From assembly GCA_040285745.1 (NCBI GenBank), contig JAUFOR010000008.1, forward strand, positions 372,001 through 436,000: a DNA stretch of 64,000 nucleotides, given 5' to 3'. The DNA comes from Barthelona sp. PCE. Its lineage: Eukaryota. A model generated the notes under the pieces. That model was not told the DNA's origin, ran no database searches, and saw nothing but the letters and a program-made list of their open reading frames with translations. Positions 1 to 10,450 of this stretch are shown here, piece after piece (the first letter of the stretch is position 1; every line of letters begins with the position of its first letter). The translations under genes were made by a program, and so were the position numbers.

Positions 1-1479
1 TCTTCTGCTTCGAGGAGAGACATGTCTCACCTTAACCCTGGGTCTATCCCTAATTGGGGAATTAGCTTTTTTTTTTGGGATTCTCTTACGGTTTCTCTTC
101 CGTGGTTCTTCCTGCTTCGGTGAACCCTCACCTTTGACTGGGGAGTTCATGACAAGATGGTGATGCTCTGCTTCAAGGTTTAAATATCTTTTTCCCATAT
201 GATGTAACTCACGTCTCATTGTTGATGAGTCATTTGGGAGGGGTTGAGATATAAAATCTCGTAGTCTCGCCTCACTTGATGTAAAGTTCTTTCTAGTTAA
301 TTGCTTGACAGGTGGTGTTAATGGGAATGGACTGGGGACTGGTTTCAAAACAAGAGCTTTCTTCGAATTTGCCACGTATGGCTTCACTCTGAAGTCATGG
401 TCCCGAACCGAAGGAGTTTCCAGTAATAAATAGTCAGACGGGGTTCTGTAAGGGGAATCAATGATTTGATCACTCATATTAGGCGTCTTTAAAAACTCTG
501 AGCTCATGTTTGAACGTGGACCACTTTCCTCTTCAATGACTGAAACTTCAATAATCTCCGAAACATCAACCTCATAAGATTCTTGAGGTTTAAATGATTC
601 TTTCTTTGTATCTTTCGCAATATTCGTTGATGGGGTTACAACAGGTGTTACATCATTAATCACATTATCATTCTTTTTCCTTAAGGCGGCAGTTGGTGTT
701 ACAATGGGTGTAACACTATTCTTCTTCACAGGTGTTACAACAGGTGTTACATAAGGTGTAACAATAGGAGTAATCTCTCGATCTTTTTGAAGTAAACGCT
801 GTCTAGGTTTGTAATACTTTGGTGTCCTCTTTGAAGGATCGATGGGGGTTCTTTCCAAAATAGGCGGTGTGTCTACTTCTTCGATTGACACTTCTTTCTT
901 CATTGGACTCACTAAAAGTGGAACATCTTCATCGATGAGCATGCGATCGTACCCAGCTCCGCTAGGCACTTCAAGCTTCACCTTTGTTAATTTATGTGGT
1001 GGTGTTACAGGTATTTCCTTTGATACTTTTTCTGGTATTGTTTTGACAATGTCAGGTTTTTCAGTTTTTGGTTCAACATCAATAATAATCTGTTTAGGCA
1101 CTTCTCCTACCTGCGGTTCATCAGTATCACTTTCTTGTGGAACTTCAAGTACAGCATTATATATGGATGTCGATGTTATGCTCTTTGCCAAATCGTATTC
1201 CACCAGAGATTCATTTATGACACGATCGAATAGCATCCTGATTTCGTCTAACTGCGATACGCGCGTATTCATACGAATGATGTATGTTGTTAAAAAATCT
1301 AAAATTTCGTTTGGAACGTTATAAGTACTCAAAACATTAACAATATCCTTTGTATTGAGAGATTTAACATCATCTGTAAGCCCACTTGTGTAACGTTTCA
1401 TCAGCATCAGCATATCCTTAAGAAACTCGTTCTTTTCCCCAGTGTCATCACTTGGTAATATTGTTTGTGTCGTGTTCAT
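1..1479 (-). CDS. Hypothetical Pro/Thr/Lys-rich protein with VTP repeats; 3' end runs off the window (partial)
   Basis: Manual translation from ATG at 1479 (MNTTQTILPSDD...) appears open to position 1 (...HVSPRSRR). Absent from the ORF track because there is no stop in the window. Confidence 0.8.
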   Translation of the reverse strand, partial: MNTTQTILPSDDTGEKNEFLKDMLMLMKRYTSGLTDDVKSLNTKDIVNVLSTYNVPNEILDFLTTYIIRMNTRVSQLDEIRMLFDRVINESLVEYDLAKSITSTSIYNAVLEVPQESDTDEPQVGEVPKQIIIDVEPKTEKPDIVKTIPEKVSKEIPVTPPHKLTKVKLEVPSGAGYDRMLIDEDVPLLVSPMKKEVSIEEVDTPPILERTPIDPSKRTPKYYKPRQRLLQKDREITPIVTPYVTPVVTPVKKNSVTPIVTPTAALRKKNDNVINDVTPVVTPSTNIAKDTKKESFKPQESYEVDVSEIIEVSVIEEESGPRSNMSSEFLKTPNMSDQIIDSPYRTPSDYLLLETPSVRDHDFRVKPYVANSKKALVLKPVPSPFPLTPPVKQLTRKNFTSSEARLRDFISQPLPNDSSTMRRELHHMGKRYLNLEAEHHHLVMNSPVKGEGSPKQEEPRKRNRKRIPKKKANSPIRDRPRVKVRHVSPRSRR

Positions 1480-1552
1480 TACATTTAATGGTCGTAAACC
1501 GTTTCCAAAAGGGAAATTAGAAAGGGAATAAAAGAAAAAACACATATATTTA

Positions 1553-2407
1553 TTACTCTGTTTGAACGCATGTAATCTCATCTATGAATCCATCCAAAAA
1601 GCGACGAGTGCTGCGTAATGTTGGTTTAACTTTCTTTCGCGTTATTCTCATTTCTTTGTATAAGGTGCTCTCTTTGGCATTGCTATGAAGAAGTTTTAGT
1701 AAACCAATCAAATTACCTTCTAACTTCTCTTCAAGTATTTCAAGATAAACTTTGTTAAAATTCCTTGAAGAAGATTGTGAAAAAAGTACTAATAGATTAA
1801 TGATACGATGCAAATGTGAATCGCCCCCTAATAATTCATATTTTGCCTTCAAGGTGGTGATATCCTGCAAAAGATAACGTAAGATAGCAACAATCATTGA
1901 GTTCTTTAATTGATTTAATTCACTTTCAATATCATCAATGTGAATTGTTACAACATCCGATGAGTCTCGGTCGGCTGACTGGCTTAAGGCCTGGAGCTCT
2001 GTGCTGATATTAGCAATAGAATGTTGTTTAATATCAACAACAAGTCCATATGATGCAATTGTGTTTTTTGTGTTTAGGAAATCTTGGAAGTCGCCTTCTA
2101 ACTTTTCAATGCGCTTCAGCACACTCGGTAGCACGTTCAGCACACGTCTCGCCGTGTGTCTTTGGGACCCTATTGTGAGATTTGTGCCTTGTAGATAATT
2201 ATCGAGCTCAGTCTGGCATAGACCTTCAGCGAATAACGAATAGCTTTTTGACTCAGGACTAAGCTGCTCTCCTGCAAGTTTAACATGAACTCTTTCAGCA
2301 AGATCCATTTCCAACTGTGCAAGCTTCATACGCGACATTTTGAGTGCGTTGATCTTGTACAGTTCCGTTAATTGGCCCCGTATCCATTCGTTGACGTCAA
2401 AAGTCAT
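1553..2407 (-). CDS. Hypothetical helical/coiled-coil protein, 284 aa
   Basis: Long ATG-started ORF filling the space between neighbours; no recognised motif. Confidence 0.75.
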   Translation of the reverse strand: MTFDVNEWIRGQLTELYKINALKMSRMKLAQLEMDLAERVHVKLAGEQLSPESKSYSLFAEGLCQTELDNYLQGTNLTIGSQRHTARRVLNVLPSVLKRIEKLEGDFQDFLNTKNTIASYGLVVDIKQHSIANISTELQALSQSADRDSSDVVTIHIDDIESELNQLKNSMIVAILRYLLQDITTLKAKYELLGGDSHLHRIINLLVLFSQSSSRNFNKVYLEILEEKLEGNLIGLLKLLHSNAKESTLYKEMRITRKKVKPTLRSTRRFLDGFIDEITCVQTE

Positions 2408-2623
2408 CAGTACTTATGTATAAGAGTAAGAAAACACAGAACGGAGAAATATCAACATTTTCAAGCGTATATAGTATTTAACCGTATGCATCAGCTTTGA
2501 CATTCAGTTAAAACAGGTCTTAGGATATACAATTGTGGTGTACTCAACGTGAGTCGTTTAAACATTTATTCCCTTTCACGCTTTGTTGTTCATCTTTATT
2601 CACACATAGTGCAGTTCTAATTG

Positions 2624-5600
2624 ATGAGTGAACACGAATCAACCAACCAGGAAACGCTTAGCGATAAGGAGATGGTAGACGACCACAGTTCTCAGAGCTC
2701 AGAGCCAGTAACAAAAGAAGCGTTCGTGCCCCCATCGCTCCCTATCCTTGATGGGTACGATGAGAGCTTTTTAAATATCAAATCTGTTTTTGGCTTTGAA
2801 GCTGATAGGAGACATACTATTGTACCGCTAAACACACGCTCCGATAAGTTTGCATACATTGCGGGCAACCACGTCGTTCTACACGACATTGTAACAGACC
2901 AGCAGACGCTGTTGAAAGGCAGTGATCTTGGAGGTATAGATGTACTCTGTGTCAGTGATGATTACACATATCTTGCCATAGGTGAGCGCGGTGCATTCCC
3001 CGTCATCCGTGTGTTCAGCCTGGAGACTAAGGAAGAGCTTGCAGTGTTAGAAGGTGGTGCTGAGAAGTGTTATGCTGCTCTGGCATTTAATATAGATTCC
3101 ACTCAAATTGTATCATGTTCAGGTTTCCCCGATTACTCCCTAAACGTGTGGAACTGGAGAGATCAAGAGCTTTTATTAAGAAACCGAGCTTTCTCACAGC
3201 CCATCTATGATCTTTCTTTCAGCAAGGTGACAACCACGAAATTATTCACATGTGGTGCAGGTCACTGGAAGATTTGGTCAAGTGCACGTACATTCACAGG
3301 TCCCAAACTTCAATCAAAGCTCGGAAAGTTTGGCCACATCCCTCTTAGTGATACTGAAGTGTTGCATGAGTTAGACGACGGAAGACTTTTATCAGGAACA
3401 GAGTCCGGGCACCTCATTCTTTGGGACGACGTCAATCCCGCCGTGCTCTTCAGTACTTCAGAGGATACTGCCTGTCATTCAGGTCAGATCAACTGCATTG
3501 TTCGCACCGGAAATTTCATTGTTACTGCAGGAAGTGATCAGTTCATCAAGCTGTGGCATTTGAGTGATATCACCGATGCCCAACCAGAGGACACTATTGA
3601 TTACGAGATGATGCCGGATACAACCATAAATGTTGTTGACCTGCTTAAGAAGCTCAAGGTCGATATGGAGCCTGAGGAAATCAATGTCAGAAACCTTTTT
3701 GTCTTGGAGAAGACATGCGTCATCGCTCTCACATGCGGTCTCGTGATTGGTTGCGATTTCAAGGGAGGAAAGCCTCGTAGATTGTTACACTCCAGCAGCG
3801 GTAAGACTGTGTCTGCAAAAATCAATGATATGACGTTTGTTGCTGACGAAACTGGTAACATTTTCAAGTTCGAAAAGATGCCAGTCATTGAAAAGCATTA
3901 TAAGTTCAGCAAGGGCGTAGTTTGCATGTCGGTGCTTAATGATTTGCTTGTTCTGGGTTTCATAGACGGAAGTATCCGTGTTGTTGACACGAATCTGAAA
4001 ATCACATCACAAACAAGACCTCATCGGGAAGGTATCGAACACCTGTATGTGATCAACGCAGCTGATCTTATCGATTCGCCTGACGTTGTTGTTTCGATTG
4101 ATTCTGATGTTATTTGGATTTCATCATTAACCCAAGACGGTATCATTTCCATTTATGGTTATTATTCACTCGAGGGAATCCAGTCTGTTGTTTTCTATGA
4201 TGGAAAGCTCATGTTCAAGACCGAAGAGGGGGTAATTCGCCTAAAGGATCTGTTCACTGTTGACCCTTTCTCTGAAAACATCAACAATTGTCTAGGTGAC
4301 CGCTCCAGTTTTGTCATTGTGCCAGTGCCCCCGGGTTTGATGCAGACAAACGGTGCCAACCTCATTGTCACAAACGAATCGGATGTTAACATTTTCAACT
4401 CGGAACTCGACTGTGTTCACAGATGTACTGCCCCTGCACTTCCCCGCTCCATGCGTTTCTCGCTATGGGGCAACAAGAAGTCAAACGCGACGGTTTCCTC
4501 TACATATATCACAAACAACGGAGATTACATTGCTGTTGGTCGAGAAGACGGCTTCTTGTTTGTTACCGATTCAGACTGCCAGAACAGGATTGTCGAGAAC
4601 TTGTGCGCAGACCCCGTTGTGGCTATCCATCTGTCCAGTGATCTGATTGTTACGTTTGAAAGCTTTAGTGTTGTGATTCAGCTTCCTTATTTGGAAGCAA
4701 AGAACGTTCAACTTAAGGAGTACATGACAGAGGAGGAGAATCTTTTTGAGCGTAATGTCCTTGATGAGAACGAGCACGATCTGCATCTGCTACGTTTGCA
4801 AAAGGCCAAGGCCATTAAGAAGGAGCGTGTTAAGAGAATAGCTAGTATCCGTAAGCGTTACAGCGATATTGTCCGCAACATGAACGTGGATGGTCTTGTA
4901 CTTGACAGGCACTTTGTCGAGAAGTACGACAGAGAAAGAGCCGAACAGGAGGAAGTCATCCGTAATCAGAATATGTACTATCTTCGTTCACTAGAGGTTG
5001 GTATCAAGAAACTACAGTCATTGAGCCAGCCCAAGAGATGTGGACACATTAAGGGATTCCCTGAGATTGAGTTCCCTTACGGAGATCATATTAAACGATA
5101 TCACGAGATCGATGAGGTACTTAAGAACACCAAGAAGACAGAGGTGAAGGAATCACACAAGGATGAGCGCCGTATGTCGACAGGTTCAACCGCTTCTCGT
5201 CGTTCGCAACGTCGTGGACGTAGGTTCTCAGTGCTTGGTCTATCTGCAGCATCACAATCTATTTTGAACAAAGCAGAGCAGATCAAGGATAGACAGGAGC
5301 GCCGTCAGTTCAGGAAGAAGCAATGGACGAAGTTCTACAAGAAGAAGCCTCAGAACATGGCAACCAAGGAGGATCAGGAGATTCGAGATTTGATTGGAAA
5401 CGCGGCAGATATCTGGCGTCTTAAACAGGGTGGATCTGTAGAGAAATCCGGACCATTTAGATCTTTAGAGGAACCTGTTGTTGTAACACTTGAGGATAAG
5501 GTGAAGTCCTTTATTTTGGGATATAACAACTGTGTCGCATTAACACAGGCCTTTAATATTAAGTTACAAAGATCAAAGCCTGAGCTCGAGGAACTAGATG

Positions 5601-7225
5601 CCTCACTCGCCAAATTGAGCGAAGAGCTGGCTGAACCGGAACCAATAGCATCACCAAAGAAGGACAAGACGAACCTGCTGAGTCTGCGCCGAAGGGAGTT
5701 GATGCATACAGTCGAACAAACAACTCTTGAGAAGGAGTTGGAGGTTATGAATGCTGAGAGAGAGATGGCACTTCAACACGAGAAGCGTGAACAATACTCT
5801 GCCAAGGAAGCACAAAAGCATCAAATAATGGAGTCTCTCTCGTTTGAGGAGATTCAATTGAAGCTGTTTATGCATAAGGAGCGCATAAGATTGCTCAAGA
5901 TACTTCTTGAATTGTTGATTCTCATTGATTTCGATCAGATCGGTTCGGAGTTTAAGCAGCTTATGCTTGACAAGGAGGCTGAGGAGCGTGCAGTGCTGGA
6001 GGAGATTGAAAATCTAAAGGCATCAAAGACCACCCTCACACAATCACTCACAACGTTGAACTTTGCTTTATTCAAAACAAAGTTTGATAAGCTGGTTGGT
6101 AGCGATTCTGTATCATACTATAACCAGTTGCTCAAGATCTTCAACAAGAAAAAACTTAACGACGATGAAGATTTTGATTTACTCGATTTCGATGACGATG
6201 AAGACTTTGATTTCGTTGAAGACATTGCACCTTCGGGTTGTAACAAGCATTTATTCAACGATGTCCTTAAGCTCCGTGACGAGAAGTATGCACTTGAGGA
6301 TATCAAAACATCGAAGTTACAGGCAATCGAGAAGGCCAGTCAGTCCGTTTCAACGCTGGAGAGCAAGTTGAAGATTCTGAGGTTGGATATTACCAAGATT
6401 AAGCGTGATATTTCTCGGTTCGAGACGACAAAGACTGCTGAACTCGGAAAGATTTATTCTTGGAGTTTTACTCGTTTATCCCGTATATTCTGTAATCTTC
6501 TCGCCACGGTGTTCCAATTTGATTACCAGCAAGAGAATGTGGAGCTCATTAGTACATTCTACGGAGAGGGAGAGCATGATGGATTTGTGGACGATAGCAC
6601 CCTACAATATCTTGTGTTTGATGCAAAGGAACTTGAAAAGCTGAACAGTCTGGCCTCAGTCCATCGTGAGAAGAACAAGAGTAAGCTTAATCAGATCGGA
6701 AAGCTAAAGGGGGATTATCGGGATTTGTTAAGTCAGAAACAAGAGAAGGTTGATAAGCTCGAAGAGGAAACTAAGCGATGTGAGGATATTCAGATCTTGC
6801 AGTTTGGTAAGAAGATCGACCTTGAATCCATAGAAAAAACTGTTGCTGATACTACTGTTCTTGATCTTGAGCGTGGTCTGTTGAGTGAAGAGATGACCAG
6901 AGATGAGGTCGCAAGCAGTCTTCAAGCACAAATTGACACGTTTATCAATGGTAATAACGATCGTGTCAGAGAAAATACTCAGTTGTTAGAGTTATACAAG
7001 GATCTTTTAGAACAGCGTGAGAAGCTTGAGAAGGAGATTTCGTCACAGAAGGTTAATGTATCGGTTAAAAAGGACAATTCGAGAAAGAGAGAGTTGGAGA
7101 ATGTTATTCATGAGCAAACGCTTCTAGTTCATGAGCTGCGTTCGGAAATCTACCAACTCACGCACAAGGGCAGTTATGTTATGTCTAATTTGGCTGCAAA
7201 CAATCAGAATATGGACGAGATGTAA
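2624..7225 (+). CDS. CFAP44: Cilia- and flagella-associated protein 44 (WDR52)-like
   Basis: N-terminal WD40 repeats (FPDYSLNVWNW, TCGAGHWKIW, GPKLQSKLGKFG, LLSGTESGHLILW), long coiled-coil C-terminus with acidic patch and LQFGKKIDLE. First ATG at 2624. Confidence 0.85.
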   Translation: MSEHESTNQETLSDKEMVDDHSSQSSEPVTKEAFVPPSLPILDGYDESFLNIKSVFGFEADRRHTIVPLNTRSDKFAYIAGNHVVLHDIVTDQQTLLKGSDLGGIDVLCVSDDYTYLAIGERGAFPVIRVFSLETKEELAVLEGGAEKCYAALAFNIDSTQIVSCSGFPDYSLNVWNWRDQELLLRNRAFSQPIYDLSFSKVTTTKLFTCGAGHWKIWSSARTFTGPKLQSKLGKFGHIPLSDTEVLHELDDGRLLSGTESGHLILWDDVNPAVLFSTSEDTACHSGQINCIVRTGNFIVTAGSDQFIKLWHLSDITDAQPEDTIDYEMMPDTTINVVDLLKKLKVDMEPEEINVRNLFVLEKTCVIALTCGLVIGCDFKGGKPRRLLHSSSGKTVSAKINDMTFVADETGNIFKFEKMPVIEKHYKFSKGVVCMSVLNDLLVLGFIDGSIRVVDTNLKITSQTRPHREGIEHLYVINAADLIDSPDVVVSIDSDVIWISSLTQDGIISIYGYYSLEGIQSVVFYDGKLMFKTEEGVIRLKDLFTVDPFSENINNCLGDRSSFVIVPVPPGLMQTNGANLIVTNESDVNIFNSELDCVHRCTAPALPRSMRFSLWGNKKSNATVSSTYITNNGDYIAVGREDGFLFVTDSDCQNRIVENLCADPVVAIHLSSDLIVTFESFSVVIQLPYLEAKNVQLKEYMTEEENLFERNVLDENEHDLHLLRLQKAKAIKKERVKRIASIRKRYSDIVRNMNVDGLVLDRHFVEKYDRERAEQEEVIRNQNMYYLRSLEVGIKKLQSLSQPKRCGHIKGFPEIEFPYGDHIKRYHEIDEVLKNTKKTEVKESHKDERRMSTGSTASRRSQRRGRRFSVLGLSAASQSILNKAEQIKDRQERRQFRKKQWTKFYKKKPQNMATKEDQEIRDLIGNAADIWRLKQGGSVEKSGPFRSLEEPVVVTLEDKVKSFILGYNNCVALTQAFNIKLQRSKPELEELDASLAKLSEELAEPEPIASPKKDKTNLLSLRRRELMHTVEQTTLEKELEVMNAEREMALQHEKREQYSAKEAQKHQIMESLSFEEIQLKLFMHKERIRLLKILLELLILIDFDQIGSEFKQLMLDKEAEERAVLEEIENLKASKTTLTQSLTTLNFALFKTKFDKLVGSDSVSYYNQLLKIFNKKKLNDDEDFDLLDFDDDEDFDFVEDIAPSGCNKHLFNDVLKLRDEKYALEDIKTSKLQAIEKASQSVSTLESKLKILRLDITKIKRDISRFETTKTAELGKIYSWSFTRLSRIFCNLLATVFQFDYQQENVELISTFYGEGEHDGFVDDSTLQYLVFDAKELEKLNSLASVHREKNKSKLNQIGKLKGDYRDLLSQKQEKVDKLEEETKRCEDIQILQFGKKIDLESIEKTVADTTVLDLERGLLSEEMTRDEVASSLQAQIDTFINGNNDRVRENTQLLELYKDLLEQREKLEKEISSQKVNVSVKKDNSRKRELENVIHEQTLLVHELRSEIYQLTHKGSYVMSNLAANNQNMDEM

Positions 7226-7370
7226 AATATTTGTTTTATTTGTGTTTTACCTTTTAGAATGTGTCGCACTGGCTGTACATGTGAATTATGTGGACAGAAG
7301 TTGATATATACAAGTATAAAGCACTGTTATTTGTAATATTACTCATTCCTTGTTTTTAAACAAATTTACA

Positions 7371-7805
7371 ATGGGCAAGTGGGTTAAGAAGTTGAGCAGA
7401 ACGCACAACAGACACTATTATTTCAATACAGAAACAAAAGACGCTGAATGGGAAAAGCCTGAAGATTATGTTGAGTTTAGAGCTTCCCACATTCTTTTAA
7501 AACATGTTGGTTCCAGAAGACCCATGAATTACAAGCAAGAGAACATCACAAGATCAAAGACGGAGGCTATGGAGCAACTTATGGAACTTAGACAAGTTAT
7601 TTCAAACAGTGAAATTGATTTTGCTACAGCAGCACTTGAATATAGTGATTGTTCTAGCGCAAGAAAGCACGGTGATCTGGGCTTCTTCGGTGAAGGACAG
7701 ATGCAAAAGGCATTTGAAGATGGAGTTAAAGCATTGCGTGTTGGTGAAATGAGTGAAGTTGTAGAGACAGCTAGTGGTTTACACATTATACTTCGCACTG
7801 CATAG
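7371..7805 (+). CDS. PIN1: Peptidyl-prolyl isomerase Pin1 (WW + parvulin)
   Basis: WW domain (WVKKLSRTHNRHYYFN...WEKP) and parvulin motifs RASHILLKH, SDCSSA..GDLGFF..GQMQKAFE, SGLHIILR. Confidence 0.95.
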   Translation: MGKWVKKLSRTHNRHYYFNTETKDAEWEKPEDYVEFRASHILLKHVGSRRPMNYKQENITRSKTEAMEQLMELRQVISNSEIDFATAALEYSDCSSARKHGDLGFFGEGQMQKAFEDGVKALRVGEMSEVVETASGLHIILRTA

Positions 7806-7924
7806 TCTGTTTATTATAGCTGCAAATCAAAAATCTGGAATAAAAACACAAGTCAGTGAGTATGTCAGTGAGAACATCACTAACAAGGATCAACTGTAAA
7901 AAAAATAAAGGAGTGACAGTTATA

Positions 7925-8212
7925 TCACTTCTTCTTGTTAAGATTTGTGTTAGTTGTGCTGGGGAGTTCCTTGGGCTTCATGATCTTTAGGTTCTCACTT
8001 CTAAACGCTCGATTAACCATTTCCTGCTCAATGTTGGCAATCATAGCCTTCTGCAGTTCTGAGCGCAGAGAATTCTGCTTCTTCCTGGCCTTTTGCTTAA
8101 CATTATTTATGTGCTTACCTTTTTTGACCTGTTTCCTAATTTTTCCCTTACTTTTCGCTTTGGGTTTCAAATTTTGCTTTTTTGAACCAAATGCTTTACC
8201 ACCTTGAACCAT
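7925..8212 (-). CDS. Small basic protein, L10K/C19orf53 (DUF2462)-like
   Basis: MVQG start, Lys-rich body and I..NIEQEM..RA...LKI ending resemble the family. Confidence 0.65.
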   Translation of the reverse strand: MVQGGKAFGSKKQNLKPKAKSKGKIRKQVKKGKHINNVKQKARKKQNSLRSELQKAMIANIEQEMVNRAFRSENLKIMKPKELPSTTNTNLNKKK

Positions 8213-8797
8213 TGCTCACCAAAATAAAAACCGTGTTTTGAAAGGGGTTGAAATAATGGAATAAGTTGTTCTATTCAATTTAATAGTATTCTGAATAAAA
8301 TTAAAGTAGGTTCACACCATTTACATGTAATAATCTGTTGATTACTTAACTAAAATCACGATTTTCGCAAAACTGCATAGTTTAATGTGTTTCTGAAACA
8401 TTTTTGCAGATGAAGAACGTCAACATCATAGTAACTGTGGTAAATTTGTACTGATATGGTCGTGATAAAGAGTACTTTACATCTGTACAATCAAAAAAAA
8501 ATTTTAATACCGGATTTACTCCAGTTATACAAGCTATATCGTTCAAAATATGCCCAAAATCTTTATAAACTGTATTAAGGTTTGTGAAACATGAACAAAT
8601 GCAGAACTACAACAAAAAACAATTCTTCTTTGCAATAGCCAAAAACAAACAACGCATTATTGTGAAATGAAGAGTATATACAGACAATGCAACACAAATA
8701 AAAAACCCACGAAATAAGTCAAAAACTCTAACACAATTTTGTAACGCTTTAATAACGCTTTTCACAACGCGAAGTCATTTATAACCATTTTCAAGCA

Positions 8798-10447
8798 ATG
8801 GAGTTGGCGTCCCCTGCAGTGACATCAGCCCATAAGCTGCAAAACAGCTTTCAGAATTTTGCGGATGAATTAAGCACTTTAAAAGCATATTTGATGAATG
8901 AAATTACAGAGAACGAGGACGATTTGTCTTCAGATGAGTTTTTCTCGGGTTCAGAAAGCGATGTTTCATATTTCGAAAGTGAAGTGAATTTACCCACAGA
9001 AACACCAGTTATGGAGATTCGAGAAGATAAAATATACTCAGAATTGTCCGAATTCGAGTCTACAGACATTGATTTGAGCGACAGTGATCTTTTATTAGAG
9101 AGTGGAAGTGAATCAGGGTTTAGCACACAGCTTAGTGATATTTACGAGCTTGAAGCAGCCATTCAATCACCTGCTGAGGAACCTCCACTTCGCCAGACTC
9201 GCCGTGAGGTTCTTCAAGCAGCGCGCCAAAATAGAAACCGTGTGGATGTTCGTGAGCTAAAAGAATTCATTAATCAACAAAAAACGCTGTCACCAATGAC
9301 TAAGCAGCAGAAAGCGTTGTTTTCTCCAGCCCCCAGGCCAAAGGAGGTTAAGGATCCGCAAGAATATACTGCCCCAAAGAGAAAGAAGGTGAGTAAGAAG
9401 AATAGTTTTTTGGAAAGGCAGCGGCGTTTTGTAGAACGAAAGAATAAGAATTTAAACGAGTTGAAGCATCAAATTGAGAAGGAAAAGCCAAAGAATCGTG
9501 GACCTAAAATTAACAGAAAATCGAAGAATATGAAGAGATCAATTGATGATTTGGCTAATTGGCAGAAGACGAAGGAAAAAGAGCTTGATCAACAGAAGAG
9601 TATGGTTGAAAAACAGGAGAGGCGTAGGCATCAACCAGTGATTACACACAAGGCAAAGACGTCTGCAAGAACAAAAGGAACTGTTGTAGATCGTTTATAC
9701 AAGAACACTCAGAAGAAGGAGCAAAAACAAAGGATACCAAAGAAGAAGAAGCCTGTCAAGCGCGTTGACCCTAATGCAATTGATCGTTTATATAAGCAAC
9801 ATGAGAAAACATTGCAAAAACGAGAGAAAATGCGAGTTCTGAAGGAGCAAAGTGAGATTAAGGTTGCTGCAAAGCCTAAAATGGCACCCAAATCACGTGC
9901 TATGAGCAAAAACCACCACCTACACCATGTACCAAAGGATAAACCCAGGTTTTTAAGAAATTCCGAAAAAGAAATGGTGAAGAAGAAGCCTAAGAGACAC
10001 ATTCAAAAGACAGCAGATCGCATGTACAATCAACATGAGGAGAAGGCAAAGCGGATAGCAAAACTAAAGACTTTTTATGAACTAAGCGATATGAAAGATT
10101 GTAGTTTCCAACCAAAATTAGTTGCCTCACAACCAACAACTATTTCCAGTAGAAATGACACATATAGCAATCAAACACTAGATACAGGTAAGGATTCCTT
10201 TATTGCACGCTTCTCCCAACTGAATAACTTAAAAAAATCATTGGAATATCCTCCAGAAGATAGCGAGACTGAGTTTGAAACAGAGTCCGAATTTGTCTTC
10301 GAACAACCGGTAGTAAGCTTTAAATCTAACTTTGAATCATTGAAACAGCAATTGCATCAAGAACCTGTTGAAGATAGTGAAGATATGGAAGCACGTCAGT
10401 ATTTTCATAACGTTGTACAGAAATTACGATCAATGCGTGAGAAGTAA
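8798..10447 (+). CDS. Hypothetical protein: acidic N-terminus, Lys-rich region with DRLY/DRMY repeats; possibly microtubule-associated
   Basis: 549-aa ORF with DRLY x2, DRMY and PKI/QPVI/FQPKL motifs. Confidence 0.75.
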   Translation: MELASPAVTSAHKLQNSFQNFADELSTLKAYLMNEITENEDDLSSDEFFSGSESDVSYFESEVNLPTETPVMEIREDKIYSELSEFESTDIDLSDSDLLLESGSESGFSTQLSDIYELEAAIQSPAEEPPLRQTRREVLQAARQNRNRVDVRELKEFINQQKTLSPMTKQQKALFSPAPRPKEVKDPQEYTAPKRKKVSKKNSFLERQRRFVERKNKNLNELKHQIEKEKPKNRGPKINRKSKNMKRSIDDLANWQKTKEKELDQQKSMVEKQERRRHQPVITHKAKTSARTKGTVVDRLYKNTQKKEQKQRIPKKKKPVKRVDPNAIDRLYKQHEKTLQKREKMRVLKEQSEIKVAAKPKMAPKSRAMSKNHHLHHVPKDKPRFLRNSEKEMVKKKPKRHIQKTADRMYNQHEEKAKRIAKLKTFYELSDMKDCSFQPKLVASQPTTISSRNDTYSNQTLDTGKDSFIARFSQLNNLKKSLEYPPEDSETEFETESEFVFEQPVVSFKSNFESLKQQLHQEPVEDSEDMEARQYFHNVVQKLRSMREK

Positions 10448-10450
10448 ATA

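Noticed and set aside
842-1324. 160-aa plus-strand ORF and the many other short ORFs overlapping long genes
   Set aside because: They are antisense or off-frame shadows of real CDSs.
7860-7887. GTATGT...ACTAACAAG mini-intron-like string with a GTCAGTGAG direct repeat
   Set aside because: It lies beyond the Pin1 stop and its AATAAA, and the branch-to-AG spacing does not match the three real introns.
8409-8454. C/D snoRNA-like ATGAAGA...CTGA
   Set aside because: Too short, box C is imperfect, and the LSU-like antisense stretch is mismatched and not adjacent to a D box.
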